A stretch of DNA of 64,000 bases, taken from assembly GCA_963665125.2 (NCBI GenBank), contig CAXXUK010000002.1, forward strand, positions 64,001 to 128,000. Reading direction: 5' to 3'. Positions 19,422 to 29,035 of the stretch are shown here, piece by piece. The position numbers and the translations under genes are program-made. This DNA is from an uncultured Desulfarculus sp. (lineage in GTDB: Bacteria; Desulfobacterota; Desulfarculia; Desulfarculales; Desulfarculaceae). Position 1 is the stretch's first letter. Each line of letters begins with the position of its first letter. The notes beneath the pieces were generated by a model that was not told the DNA's origin, did not search any database, and worked only from the letters and a program-made list of their open reading frames with translations.

Positions 19422-20732
19422 CTAGGCCCCGGGGCGGACTTTGGCGGCCAAATCGTTGACCGCTGCCCGGACCGCCTCCAGATCGATGGTGGTCAGTTCG
19501 CCGTTGTCCACAAGCTGCCGCCCGGCCACGAAAACGTGGCGCACATCGCCCCCGTTGGCCGCGTATACGGCCTGGGACACCGGGTTGTACAGGGGCTGCA
19601 AGTGGGGCCGGTCGCTGTGCAGCACGACAATATCGGCCTGTTTGCCGGGCACAAGAGAACCGCACACCCGCTCCAGGCCCAGGACCTCGGCGCCGCCGTT
19701 GGTGGCGCAGTGAAAGACCTCGGCGGCGGGCAGTTTGGCAGGGTCATTGTGAAACACCTTGGCCATGAACGAGGCCAGGCGCATTTCGCCGAACAGGTCC
19801 AGGTCGTTGTTGCTGGCCGCGCCGTCGGTGCCCAGGCCGACCTTGATCCGGGCTTTCAGCAGTTCCGAGATTTTGGCCCGGCCCGAGGCCAGCTTCATGT
19901 TTGATTCAGGGCATGAGGCTACATGGACCTTGGACTTGGCCAGCAGTTCGATGTCGGACTCTTCCAGGGCCGAACAATGGACTGCCACGTCGAGGGTGTT
20001 CAACAGGCCCAGTCTGTACAGGTATTCCGGGGGAGTGCAGCCGTTTTGCTCCTTGCAGGTATGGACCTCGTGCCAGGTCTCGGAGAGATGGGTCTGCCAG
20101 GGGACGCCCAGGGACATGGCCAGGCCGGACACCGCGCCCAGGGTATAGGACGAGCAGGTGTAGGTGCTGTGGGCGAAAAGGCCGGGGGTGATCAGTGGGC
20201 TGCGGTCTTTCCAGCGGGTGACGAAGTCCTCGACTATTTCCAATTTTTTGGCCGGGTCGGGGATGCCCGGTGCCGGGAAGTCTATCACCCCGTGGCAGAC
20301 AACGGCGCGCATGCCCGACCGGTCATAGGCCTTGGCCGCGCCGTTCATGCAGAAATAACTGTCGCACACCGTGGTAACGCCGCCGCCGAGCATTTCGGCG
20401 CAGGCCAGCAGGGTGCACTGCTGGGTCATTTCTTCATTGACCCACATGGCCTCGGCAGGAAACATGTGCTCGTTGAGCCACTTGTCCAGGGGCAGGTCGT
20501 CGGCCAGGCCCCGGAACAGGGTCATGGGGCCGTGGCAGTGGGTGTTGACCAGACCGGGCATGATCAAACCGCCCGCAACGTCGATGACCGAGGCGTCTTC
20601 GAGTGCGTCAAAGCCCGCGGCGCTGCCTGCATAGGTGATTTCCTGGTCCCGGAAGGCCACCAGGCCGTCTTTGTATAAAGTGTCGGCGTCGCACAATAGC
20701 GGACCGCCGCTGATGATGGTGGTGCGGCTCAA
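19422..20732 (-). CDS. Amidohydrolase, MtaD-like nucleoside deaminase (copy 2)
   Basis: PGLVNTHCH, RGLADDLPL, HLSET, CPESNMKLASG, GTDGAASNNDLD; TTG start overlapping upstream TGA. Confidence 0.88.
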   Translation of the reverse strand: MSRTTIISGGPLLCDADTLYKDGLVAFRDQEITYAGSAAGFDALEDASVIDVAGGLIMPGLVNTHCHGPMTLFRGLADDLPLDKWLNEHMFPAEAMWVNEEMTQQCTLLACAEMLGGGVTTVCDSYFCMNGAAKAYDRSGMRAVVCHGVIDFPAPGIPDPAKKLEIVEDFVTRWKDRSPLITPGLFAHSTYTCSSYTLGAVSGLAMSLGVPWQTHLSETWHEVHTCKEQNGCTPPEYLYRLGLLNTLDVAVHCSALEESDIELLAKSKVHVASCPESNMKLASGRAKISELLKARIKVGLGTDGAASNNDLDLFGEMRLASFMAKVFHNDPAKLPAAEVFHCATNGGAEVLGLERVCGSLVPGKQADIVVLHSDRPHLQPLYNPVSQAVYAANGGDVRHVFVAGRQLVDNGELTTIDLEAVRAAVNDLAAKVRPGA

Positions 20733-22036
20733 ATCAGTTTGCCCCCTGTCAGCTTGTCGGCGCATTCCCGGAAGCGGGCCAGGATGCGCTGCTCATCAAG
20801 ATTCACGGCCTTGCGGTCTTTCATCAGCACCTTGCCGTGGCACACGCTGTGGATCACATCGCCGCCCCTGGCGCTGTAGACCAGTTGGCTCACCGGGTTG
20901 TACATGGGCGTCATATGGGCCGCGGTGGTGTCGACGACGATGACGTCGGCCAGCATGCCCTGAGCCAGGACGCCGGTTTGGCCGCCCAGGCCCATGGCCT
21001 TGGCCCCCTGGCTGGTGGCCATTGACAAAACCGCGTTGGCCGGCGCGGCGGTGGGGTCCAGGGTGGCCACCTTGCTCAGCTTGGCGCATGTGTCCATCTC
21101 GCCCAGCATGTCCAGGTTGTTGTTGCTGGCGCAGCCGTCGGTGCCCAGGCCCACGGTGAGCCCGGCGGAGAGCATCTTTTGCAGGGGCATTATGCCGCTG
21201 CCCAGCTTCATGTTGGATTCGGGGCAATGGGCCACCCTCACTCCGGCCCCGGCGGCCCTGGCTATTTCGTCGTCGCTCAGATCCACGGCGTGGTCGATGA
21301 GCAGCTTCGGCCCGGCGGCGCCCAGGTATTCCATGACCTCATAGGGCCGCTTGCCCCATTTGTCGATGACGGTCTGGGTTTCGAAGGCCGTCTCGGCCAG
21401 GTGGATGACCAGGTCAGCGCCGGTGTCGGCCTGTATCTGCACGGCGGTGCGCATCAGGGGCTCGGAGCAGGTGTACAGGGCGTGGGCCATCACCGCGCCG
21501 CTGATGCGGGGGTGGTCGGCATATTGGGCGATAAGCTCCCTGGTGGCCTTGTAGCCGTTTTCAAGTTCGCCGTAGCTTGGGCTGGGAAAGTCGTAGATCA
21601 CCTCGCCGATGACGGCCCGCAGGCCGCATTCGTCAATGGCCCGGGCAACGTCGGGGGCGAACAGATACATGTCGCTGAAGCAGGTGGTGCCGCTTTTGAT
21701 CATCTCCAGGCAGCCCAACATGGCCCCCCAGTACACGGCGTCGCCGTCGAGTTTCTGTTCGGTGGGGAATATATGCTCTTCCAGCCACTGGCTCAGGGGC
21801 AAGTCGTCGGCCAGGCCCCGCATAAGGGTCATGGACACGTGGGTGTGGCAGTTGATCAGACCCGGCAGGATCAACCCGCCTCCGGCGTCGATGACCTCGG
21901 CCTGGGGAACCGGCGGTGCCTGTTCCTGGGGTCCGGCGTAAACGATCTCAGGGCCGTCGCAGACAACGGCGCCTTTTTCCTGGATCGTCATCCTGTCGTC
22001 CATGGTCAGCAGGGTGCCGTTTTGGATGATAATCAT
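20729..22036 (-). CDS. Amidohydrolase, MtaD-like nucleoside deaminase (copy 1)
   Basis: PGLINCHTH, HLAET, HCPESNMKLGSG, GTDGCASNNNLD. Confidence 0.9.
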   Translation of the reverse strand: MIIIQNGTLLTMDDRMTIQEKGAVVCDGPEIVYAGPQEQAPPVPQAEVIDAGGGLILPGLINCHTHVSMTLMRGLADDLPLSQWLEEHIFPTEQKLDGDAVYWGAMLGCLEMIKSGTTCFSDMYLFAPDVARAIDECGLRAVIGEVIYDFPSPSYGELENGYKATRELIAQYADHPRISGAVMAHALYTCSEPLMRTAVQIQADTGADLVIHLAETAFETQTVIDKWGKRPYEVMEYLGAAGPKLLIDHAVDLSDDEIARAAGAGVRVAHCPESNMKLGSGIMPLQKMLSAGLTVGLGTDGCASNNNLDMLGEMDTCAKLSKVATLDPTAAPANAVLSMATSQGAKAMGLGGQTGVLAQGMLADVIVVDTTAAHMTPMYNPVSQLVYSARGGDVIHSVCHGKVLMKDRKAVNLDEQRILARFRECADKLTGGKLI

Positions 22037-22102
22037 ATGGTTGCTCCAGGCGCACGCGGCGCGCAAAAGTAAATCGGCCTAATTATGACCCGACCGAGGC
22101 AA

Positions 22103-22876
22103 TCAATCAAATTTTCCGCCCCGGCCCTGGCCCCGGCTGAAGCGGGTGGCCCCGCTGACGGTTTCGCCCGAGCCCACAACGTCCATGCCCCGGCTGAACT
22201 CGTTGGCCAGGGCCTCGGGCAGAGGCAAGCCCCACTGCTCATAGGCGCTGAGCCGGTCCGAGCGCATACAGGTTTGGGGGAAATTGGCCAGGGATGCGGC
22301 CAACTCCTCGGCGGCCCGTCTGGCTTCTCCGGCCGGCACGACGCGATTGGCCAAGCCCATTTGCAGGGCCTCGTCTGCCCCCACCGGCCTGCCGGTGAGG
22401 ATCATGTCCATTGCCCGGCCCATGCCGATAAGCCGGGGCAGGCGGATGGTGCCGCCGTCGATGAGCGGCACTCCGAAGCGGCGGCAGAACACGCCGAACA
22501 CGGCGGTCTCGTCGGCCACCCGCATGTCGCACCAACAGGCCAGCTCCAGGCCCCCGGCCACGGCATAGCCCGAAACCGCGGCTATCACCGGCTTGCTTAA
22601 AAGCATCCGCGAAGGCCCCATTGGGCCGTCGCCGGAATGGTCCAGGCGGTTGGCCCTGGATCCGCCGTCGGTGGCCACGGCCTTGAGATCGGCCCCGGCG
22701 CAGAAGTTGCCGCCCTGGCCGCACAACACGGCGCAGGCCGCCTCGGCGTCGGCCTCAAAGGCCCGGAAGGCATCGGCCAGCTGGGCCGCGGTGGGGCCGT
22801 CAACGGCGTTACGCACCTCGGGCCGGTCGATGATCACCGTGAATACCGGGCCGTTTTTCTCCACGCAAACCGCCAT
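22103..22876 (-). CDS. Enoyl-CoA hydratase/isomerase family protein
   Basis: FCAGADLK, AVAGGLELA, FCRRFGVPLIDGG. Confidence 0.92.
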   Translation of the reverse strand: MAVCVEKNGPVFTVIIDRPEVRNAVDGPTAAQLADAFRAFEADAEAACAVLCGQGGNFCAGADLKAVATDGGSRANRLDHSGDGPMGPSRMLLSKPVIAAVSGYAVAGGLELACWCDMRVADETAVFGVFCRRFGVPLIDGGTIRLPRLIGMGRAMDMILTGRPVGADEALQMGLANRVVPAGEARRAAEELAASLANFPQTCMRSDRLSAYEQWGLPLPEALANEFSRGMDVVGSGETVSGATRFSRGQGRGGKFD

Positions 22877-22888
22877 GGCCGCCTCCTT

Positions 22889-23713
22889 TTACATCCGGGC
22901 GATGACGCCCTCCATGAGCTTGGCCATGTCCACACCGGCCTTTCCGGCGTTTTCAATGACCAGATCAATGGGCGCCGGCTGCATGTCGTCCGGGTCGTTG
23001 ATATTGGCGATGGCCGAAAAGGCCAGGATGCGCAGGCCGTGGTGCTTGGCGGCGATTACCTCCAACACCGTGGACATGCCCACCGCGTCGGCCCCGAAAA
23101 ACCGCAGCATCCGCGTCTCGGCCGGGGTCTCCATGGACGGGCCCAACAGGCCAACGTACACGCCCTGGTACATCTCGATGCCCTGATCGGCGGCCACCTG
23201 CCGGGCCATGTCCATCAGCCGAGGATCGTAGACCTGGACCATCTCCGGGAAACGATCGCCCCAGTTGTCGATATTGGCCCCGACCAGGGGGTTTTGGCCG
23301 AAGAAGTTGATGTGATCGGTGATCAGCATGACCCGCCCGGCCTGCCAGGTGATGTCCAGGCCGCCCGCCGCGTTGCTGCACACGAACGTGTTCGCCCCCA
23401 GGCCGGCCAGCACCCGCACCGGCATGCTCACCTCGTATGGCGTGTAGCCCTCGTAGAGATGAAAGCGCCCGGCCAGGGCGGCGACCTTTTTGCCGCCCAA
23501 ATAGCCGAAGATCAGCTCGCCGGCATGGCTTTCCACCGTGGAGACGGGAAACTCGGGAATGGTTTGATAAGGCACTATGGCCACGTCTTCGATGCGTTCG
23601 GCCAGGCCCGACAACCCCGTGCCCAGAGTCAGAATCACCTGGGGCCTGAAATCAGCGGGCAATATTTGCTCGAGATGGGCCACGGCCCTTTTTACTTTTT
23701 GCAGTCGTTCCAT
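22889..23713 (-). CDS. Purine-nucleoside phosphorylase (trimeric type I)
   Basis: LGTGL, GRFHLYEG, NAAGG, DHIN, GPSMETPAE, GADAVGMST. Confidence 0.92.
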   Translation of the reverse strand: MERLQKVKRAVAHLEQILPADFRPQVILTLGTGLSGLAERIEDVAIVPYQTIPEFPVSTVESHAGELIFGYLGGKKVAALAGRFHLYEGYTPYEVSMPVRVLAGLGANTFVCSNAAGGLDITWQAGRVMLITDHINFFGQNPLVGANIDNWGDRFPEMVQVYDPRLMDMARQVAADQGIEMYQGVYVGLLGPSMETPAETRMLRFFGADAVGMSTVLEVIAAKHHGLRILAFSAIANINDPDDMQPAPIDLVIENAGKAGVDMAKLMEGVIARM

Positions 23714-23898
23714 TTGTTGGCTCCACGGTTAAGGCGATGATTAACGAAGGCTAGCCGGGGGGCGGGCCGCATGTCAATTTTTTTTACGGCCTAACGTATC
23801 GGGCTTATTGACCATAGCCGATGTATACAATTTCAGTAGATTTTTGTGGTATTGACACGGGGGGGCATGGCTTCATAATTGGACTCAGGATAAATACG

Positions 23899-24528
23899 AT
23901 GCTATCGATATTACGCAGAATAAAGCAGGTGGCCTGCGTATTTTTTATTATTAATATCGCGGGCTTCGCCGTTTGGTTGCTCCTGGGTTCACCCCTTCCG
24001 GATTCGATGGAATGGCGGCCGGAGCGCAAACTGGACGCTGAAGCCAAAATGGCCGCCCAGCTTGAACAGATACGCGACAACTGGGATATGCCCCTGGAGC
24101 AGCGCAGGCGCATGCTCTGGCCCATTATCAGGCGTTTGAGCCAGGAATCCGGGGTTGATCCGGCCCTGGTCATGGCCATGGTGGCCGTTGAAAGCCGCTT
24201 CCGGCCTTGGGCCGTGAGTCCGGCCGGAGCCCTGGGCCTGATGCAGCTTACGCCCACCACCGCCCTGCACCTGGGCCTGGAAGCCCCCCACAACGCCCTG
24301 GACCCCATAGCCAACCTCAGGGCCGGAATCAAATATTTCGTCGGCCTGCAGCAACGCTTCAACGGCGATCTAAAGATGGCCCTGGCCGCCTACAACGCCG
24401 GGCCCACCGCCGTCAGCCGCCACGGCGGAGTGCCGCCCATCGAAGAGACCCAGAATTATGTGAGCCGGGTGCTCAAGGAGCAGCAGCGGTTCGCCGTCAA
24501 ATATAATTCCTTTGCCGCCGCCAACTAG
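23899..24528 (+). CDS. Lytic transglycosylase (SLT domain)
   Basis: VESRF..AVSPAGALGLMQL, ALAAYNAG, ETQNYV; upstream TTGACA-16-CATAAT. Confidence 0.9.
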   Translation: MLSILRRIKQVACVFFIINIAGFAVWLLLGSPLPDSMEWRPERKLDAEAKMAAQLEQIRDNWDMPLEQRRRMLWPIIRRLSQESGVDPALVMAMVAVESRFRPWAVSPAGALGLMQLTPTTALHLGLEAPHNALDPIANLRAGIKYFVGLQQRFNGDLKMALAAYNAGPTAVSRHGGVPPIEETQNYVSRVLKEQQRFAVKYNSFAAAN

Positions 24529-24825
24529 CGCGGGGTTTCTTTTTCAGCCTCGGTGCCCTATCGATCGCTGTGTCGACGCTAGCTTACCGGAAAAGCCGAT
24601 TTAGACCGGAGTTGGGGACTCCCTTTCAATAAAGGTGGTGGCCCCACCCCGTGTAGTTATACGGCCCTGACGGCCGACTGGTATTGGGCAGGGGACATGT
24701 AGGCCAGGGGCCCAGTGCGGGAGCATAGGCCTCGGCCAGGTTTTGATTAATTAAATGCGGACGGCTGGGTTAAACTGTGGAAAACAGCCGCATCGGCACT
24801 TAACGAACCAACCAAGCGGGAGCCT

Positions 24826-25932
24826 TTGACATTGGCCAAGAAAAAAGCGCTGATAACCGGTATCACCGGGCAGGATGGGGCCTATCTGGCAGAGTTTCTT
24901 TTGGGCAAGGGCTACCAGGTCCACGGCGTTATCCGCCGCTCAAGCTGCTTCAACACGGCCCGCATCGATCATTTGTACCAAGACCCGCACACGCCCGAGC
25001 GGTCGTTGATCCTGCACTATGGCGACATGACCGACAGCACCAACCTGCTGCGCATCGTCCAGGAGGTGCGGCCCGAGGAGATCTACAATCTGGCCGCCCA
25101 GAGCCACGTGCAGGTCAGCTTTGAGACGCCGGAATACACGGCCAACTCCGACGCCCTGGGCGCCCTGCGCATGCTGGAGACGATCCGCATCCTCGGTCTG
25201 ACCGACCACACCCGCTACTACCAGGCGTCGACCAGCGAGCTTTTCGGCAAGGTGGCTGAAACGCCGCAAAAGGAGACCACGCCGTTTCATCCGCGTTCGC
25301 CGTACGGCGCGGCCAAGCTCTACGCCTATTGGATCACCGTCAACTACCGCGAGGCCTACGGTATGTACGCGGTCAACGGCATCCTGTTCAACCACGAATC
25401 GCCCAGCCGGGGCGCCACGTTCGTCACCCGCAAGATCACCAGGGCCGTGGCCCACATCGTCAGCGGCCTGGAGGATTGCCTGTACCTGGGCAATCTGGAG
25501 GCCCGGCGCGACTGGGGCGATGCCCGGGATTTCGTGCGCGGCATGTGGCTGATGCTCCAGCAGGACCAGCCCGACGATTTTGTCTTGGCCACGGGCCGCC
25601 AGCATTCGGTGCGCCGGTTCGTGGAGATAGCCTTCGCCCATGCGGGTATGCCCATCACCTGGCAGGGTGACGGCGTGGATGAAGTGGGCCTGACCACCGA
25701 CCCCAAAACCGGCCGGGAAAAAACCGTTGTGCGCATCGACCCGCGCTATTTCCGGGCTACGGAGGTCGAAACTCTCTTGGGCGACGCCTCTAAGGCCAAA
25801 GAGGTCTTGGGCTGGCAGCCGGAGATCAGCTTCGAGGACATGGTCGAGGAGATGATGCGCGAGGACATGCGCCGGGCCGCCCAGGAGGCCGCTTTAGGCC
25901 GCGACGGCATGAGAAACGGCAACTATTTCTAG
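24826..25932 (+). CDS. gmd: GDP-mannose 4,6-dehydratase
   Basis: [39 protein letters not shown]. Confidence 0.97.
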   Translation: MTLAKKKALITGITGQDGAYLAEFLLGKGYQVHGVIRRSSCFNTARIDHLYQDPHTPERSLILHYGDMTDSTNLLRIVQEVRPEEIYNLAAQSHVQVSFETPEYTANSDALGALRMLETIRILGLTDHTRYYQASTSELFGKVAETPQKETTPFHPRSPYGAAKLYAYWITVNYREAYGMYAVNGILFNHESPSRGATFVTRKITRAVAHIVSGLEDCLYLGNLEARRDWGDARDFVRGMWLMLQQDQPDDFVLATGRQHSVRRFVEIAFAHAGMPITWQGDGVDEVGLTTDPKTGREKTVVRIDPRYFRATEVETLLGDASKAKEVLGWQPEISFEDMVEEMMREDMRRAAQEAALGRDGMRNGNYF

Positions 25933-26094
25933 GCTTTTCATAAAAGTATTTTGGCAGGAAATTAAAAATTAAGAGCAACAAACCGACAGGCGTCAACACT
26001 TTGAGTCTTCCGAGATAATAGCCAAAATACTTTTACCCTACGGGCGAGCCCATGGAACTCGTGAAAAGCACCAATGGTGTAAAGAATCTGTTTG

Positions 26095-27078
26095 ATGGAT
26101 GTGGAGAATGTGATGCCTCTACCAGAGGGCGCGAAGATATATGTGGCCGGGCACAGGGGATTGGTGGGTTCGGCCATTTATCGAAGGCTGGCCGCCGAAG
26201 ACCGCTATGAGCTGATCACCCGCGGCCACTCGGAGCTGGAGCTTTCCGAGCAGGCTGACGTGCGGCGTTTTTTCGAAAACGAGCGCCCCGGCTACGTGGT
26301 CATCGCCGCGGCCAAGGTGGGCGGGATCATGGCCAACGCCACCTATCCGGCCGACTTTATTTTGCAAAACCTGTTGATCCAGACCAACATCATACAGGCC
26401 GCCTGGCAGACCGGCGTGGAGCGGCTGTTGTTCCTGGGCTCGTCGTGCATCTACCCCAAACTGTGCCCCCAGCCCATGAAAGAGGAGCATCTGCTCACCG
26501 GGCCCCTGGAGCCAACCAACCGGCCCTATGCCGTTGCCAAGATCTCGGGCATCGAGCTTTGCTGGGGCCTCAACCGGCAATACGGCACCAAATACCTCTG
26601 CGTGATGCCCACCAACGTCTACGGCAAGGGCGACAACTACAACCTGGAGACCGGCCACGTGCTGCCGGCCCTGATCAGGCGCTTTCACGACGCCAAGACC
26701 AGCGGCGCTCCCGATGTGACCCTGTGGGGCACCGGCTCGCCATACCGCGAGTTCATCCTCAGCGACGACCTGGCCGACGCCTGCGTTCATTTGCTGGGCC
26801 TGGATTCTCGGCCGTTTGAGGAACTCATCTCATCCCAGGACAGGCCGCCGCTTATCAACATCGGCGTGGGCAAGGAAACAACCATAGCCGATCTGGCCGC
26901 CCTGGTTTCCCAGGTGGTGGGTTATGGCGGAGAGATAGTCTGGGACAGCACCAAACCCGACGGCACGCCCCGAAAGCTGCTGGATGTGAGCCTGCTGGCC
27001 AGCCTGGGCTGGCAAGCCAAGACCAGGCTCCGGGACGGCATCGAATATACCTATGGGCAATATCTGAAAACGCTGTGA
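26095..27078 (+). CDS. fcl: GDP-L-fucose synthase
   Basis: AGHRGLVGSA, AAKVGGI, LGSSCIYP, YAVAK, KPDGTPRK. Confidence 0.96.
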   Translation: MDVENVMPLPEGAKIYVAGHRGLVGSAIYRRLAAEDRYELITRGHSELELSEQADVRRFFENERPGYVVIAAAKVGGIMANATYPADFILQNLLIQTNIIQAAWQTGVERLLFLGSSCIYPKLCPQPMKEEHLLTGPLEPTNRPYAVAKISGIELCWGLNRQYGTKYLCVMPTNVYGKGDNYNLETGHVLPALIRRFHDAKTSGAPDVTLWGTGSPYREFILSDDLADACVHLLGLDSRPFEELISSQDRPPLINIGVGKETTIADLAALVSQVVGYGGEIVWDSTKPDGTPRKLLDVSLLASLGWQAKTRLRDGIEYTYGQYLKTL

Positions 27079-27192
27079 GATGTTCTAGTTGTACTAAATA
27101 AAAAGTTTGGTGGCGCAAAGGCCCTACAAGGTGTAGTTGTATTTTCAGGCGTTAATTTCACAACTGAATTACAACTATAAGAGAGGGCTGTA

Positions 27193-27789
27193 ATGGAAAG
27201 TCCTGAAGCGTCTGAACATCAACACGGGCCGGTCAAGAAACACGGCGGACCCAGCAGTTTCGACATGCACGACGAAGATGCGGTTTTCGCCGAGATAGGC
27301 CTGAAACCGGGCGACACTCTCGTGGATATCGGCTGCGGGCCGGGTGATTATTCCCTGCATGCCGCCAGCCTGGTCAGCCCCGGCGGCCTGGTCCACGCCC
27401 TGGACCGCTGGCGGGATATGATCAAGCGTATGGATGAGCAGGCCGTGGAAAACGACATCGCCAATATCCGCGGCCATGTCTGCGACGTCACCGCGCCGCT
27501 GCCCCTGGCCGATGGCATTGCCGACGCCTGCCTGATGGCCACCATGCTGCACATTGTTGATCTGCCCAAATTCGGCAAGGGCCTGTTTGACGAGGTCCAC
27601 CGGATTCTAAAACCCCACGGCAAACTGTGCATCATCAACTGTAAAAAAGAAGACCAGCCCTGGGGCCCGCCCAAGCGCATGCGCCTGTCGCCCGAGGAAT
27701 GCCGGGACCTGGTTGAGCCCAGCGGCTTTGTCCAGACCGGTTATCTGGATCTGGGATATAATTATTTGATACGTTTCGAGCCCCAATAG
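27193..27789 (+). CDS. Class I SAM-dependent methyltransferase
   Basis: VDIGCGPG motif I, HRILKPHG. Confidence 0.85.
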   Translation: MESPEASEHQHGPVKKHGGPSSFDMHDEDAVFAEIGLKPGDTLVDIGCGPGDYSLHAASLVSPGGLVHALDRWRDMIKRMDEQAVENDIANIRGHVCDVTAPLPLADGIADACLMATMLHIVDLPKFGKGLFDEVHRILKPHGKLCIINCKKEDQPWGPPKRMRLSPEECRDLVEPSGFVQTGYLDLGYNYLIRFEPQ

Positions 27790-28049
27790 GCCCAAGAGAC
27801 ATTTGATTAACACACCGGGCGAATCCATGCGCCCGGTTTTTCTATTCCGGCACGTGGCAAGCCAAAAAGCCGTTGACATCCCGGCCCGGCGCGGCTTGAA
27901 TCCCTTAGGGGAAATACAATATCCGTGGGCTTGCCGGGCTAAGCCACGGATTCGGCCCTTTTGGCGGCCCGGGCATGCCGCGCGGCAATTCATCCCTTAT
28001 ACCGATCATCAATACCGGGTCAGTGACCTGGCCAAAAAAAGGAACGTCC

Positions 28050-28679
28050 ATGAGCGAAAAACGCGTTGAGATAAAAGTAGACGAGGATGTGACCCTGGAG
28101 GGCATGTACTCGGAAGCGGCCGATGCCCCCGGTGCGGCCATTGTCCTGCACCCGCACCCCCAATACGGCGGATCCATGGACAACAATGTAGTGGCGGCCA
28201 TGTGCGACGGCGCGGCCCGGGCGGGCTGGAGTTGCCTGCGCTTCAATTTCCGGGGTGTGGGCGCCAGCACCGGAGCCCACGGCGGAGGTTATGCCGAAGC
28301 CTCGGATGTCGCCGCCGTGGCCCAGTGGCTCCAAGAGCAAAAAAAGTGCACTCTGGCTCTGCTGGGCTACAGTTTTGGAAGCCTGGTTGGCTCTCTGGCC
28401 GCCACCCAAATCCCCGAGGTCGACCGGGCGCTGTGGGTGGCCCCGCCCTTGGTGATGGGCAATTTGTCACAGTGGCCGGAACAAAACGGGCCATGTTGGA
28501 TCATTGCCGGTTCCCAGGACGAGTTTACGGCCGTGGGGGCCTTGCAGGCCTATGTCAACGAGTTTGGTGCACGGGGGTTTTTTAAATTGCGCCCAGGTGT
28601 GGATCATTTTTGGTGGGGACAGGAGAGTGCACTTTCTGACCTGGCGACAAGGCTGCTGCGCGGGGATGCGCCGGAATAG
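28050..28679 (+). CDS. Alpha/beta hydrolase
   Basis: HPHPQYGGSMDN, RFNFRGVG, GYSFG, DEF, DHF. Confidence 0.9.
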   Translation: MSEKRVEIKVDEDVTLEGMYSEAADAPGAAIVLHPHPQYGGSMDNNVVAAMCDGAARAGWSCLRFNFRGVGASTGAHGGGYAEASDVAAVAQWLQEQKKCTLALLGYSFGSLVGSLAATQIPEVDRALWVAPPLVMGNLSQWPEQNGPCWIIAGSQDEFTAVGALQAYVNEFGARGFFKLRPGVDHFWWGQESALSDLATRLLRGDAPE

Positions 28680-28693
28680 GTACAATTACGCAT

Positions 28694-28777
28694 ATTCAAC
28701 ATTTTGTGGGCATTTTTGTGAAATGCCACAATATGTAGAAAATGGGGTTGACACGGCGACAGCTGGTTTGATAGGTT
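28694..28777 (+). promoter_or_regulatory. Two NrdR-box-like operators followed by a sigma70-type promoter
   Basis: attCaAcATtTtGtgg (28694-709) and ccaCaAtATgTaGaaa (28726-741), 32 bp apart; TTGACA at 28748, possible -10 TAGGTT at 28772. Confidence 0.55.
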
Positions 28778-28782
28778 CCCAA

Positions 28783-28959
28783 TCGAGGGTTAATGCACCA
28801 TTCAATCCTGGGCTTACGCCCGCGGCGCCCCCCTGTCTTGCCTGGGACTGATCTCTGCAACGGAGCGGTACCTAGCCGGGGGGCGGCATCCCCATTTAGA
28901 AGGCTTTGGGCCTTCTCCCCACCCCGCTCAGGGCCGGCCTTCCGGCCCTGAACCTTTTT
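28783..28959 (+). ncRNA. Candidate structured sRNA (about 175 nt), family unknown
   Basis: Upstream promoter, internal hairpins, strong terminator; no credible ORF. Confidence 0.45.
28928..28959 (+). terminator. Intrinsic terminator
   Basis: TCAGGGCCGG cctt CCGGCCCTGA then ACCTTTTT. Confidence 0.7.
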
Positions 28960-29035
28960 CGGGCCGTATGCATCTTGCTTCACAGGTTTTTTCATGCCAG
29001 GATAGATAAACTGCTGTCACAGGGCGGGGGTGCGG

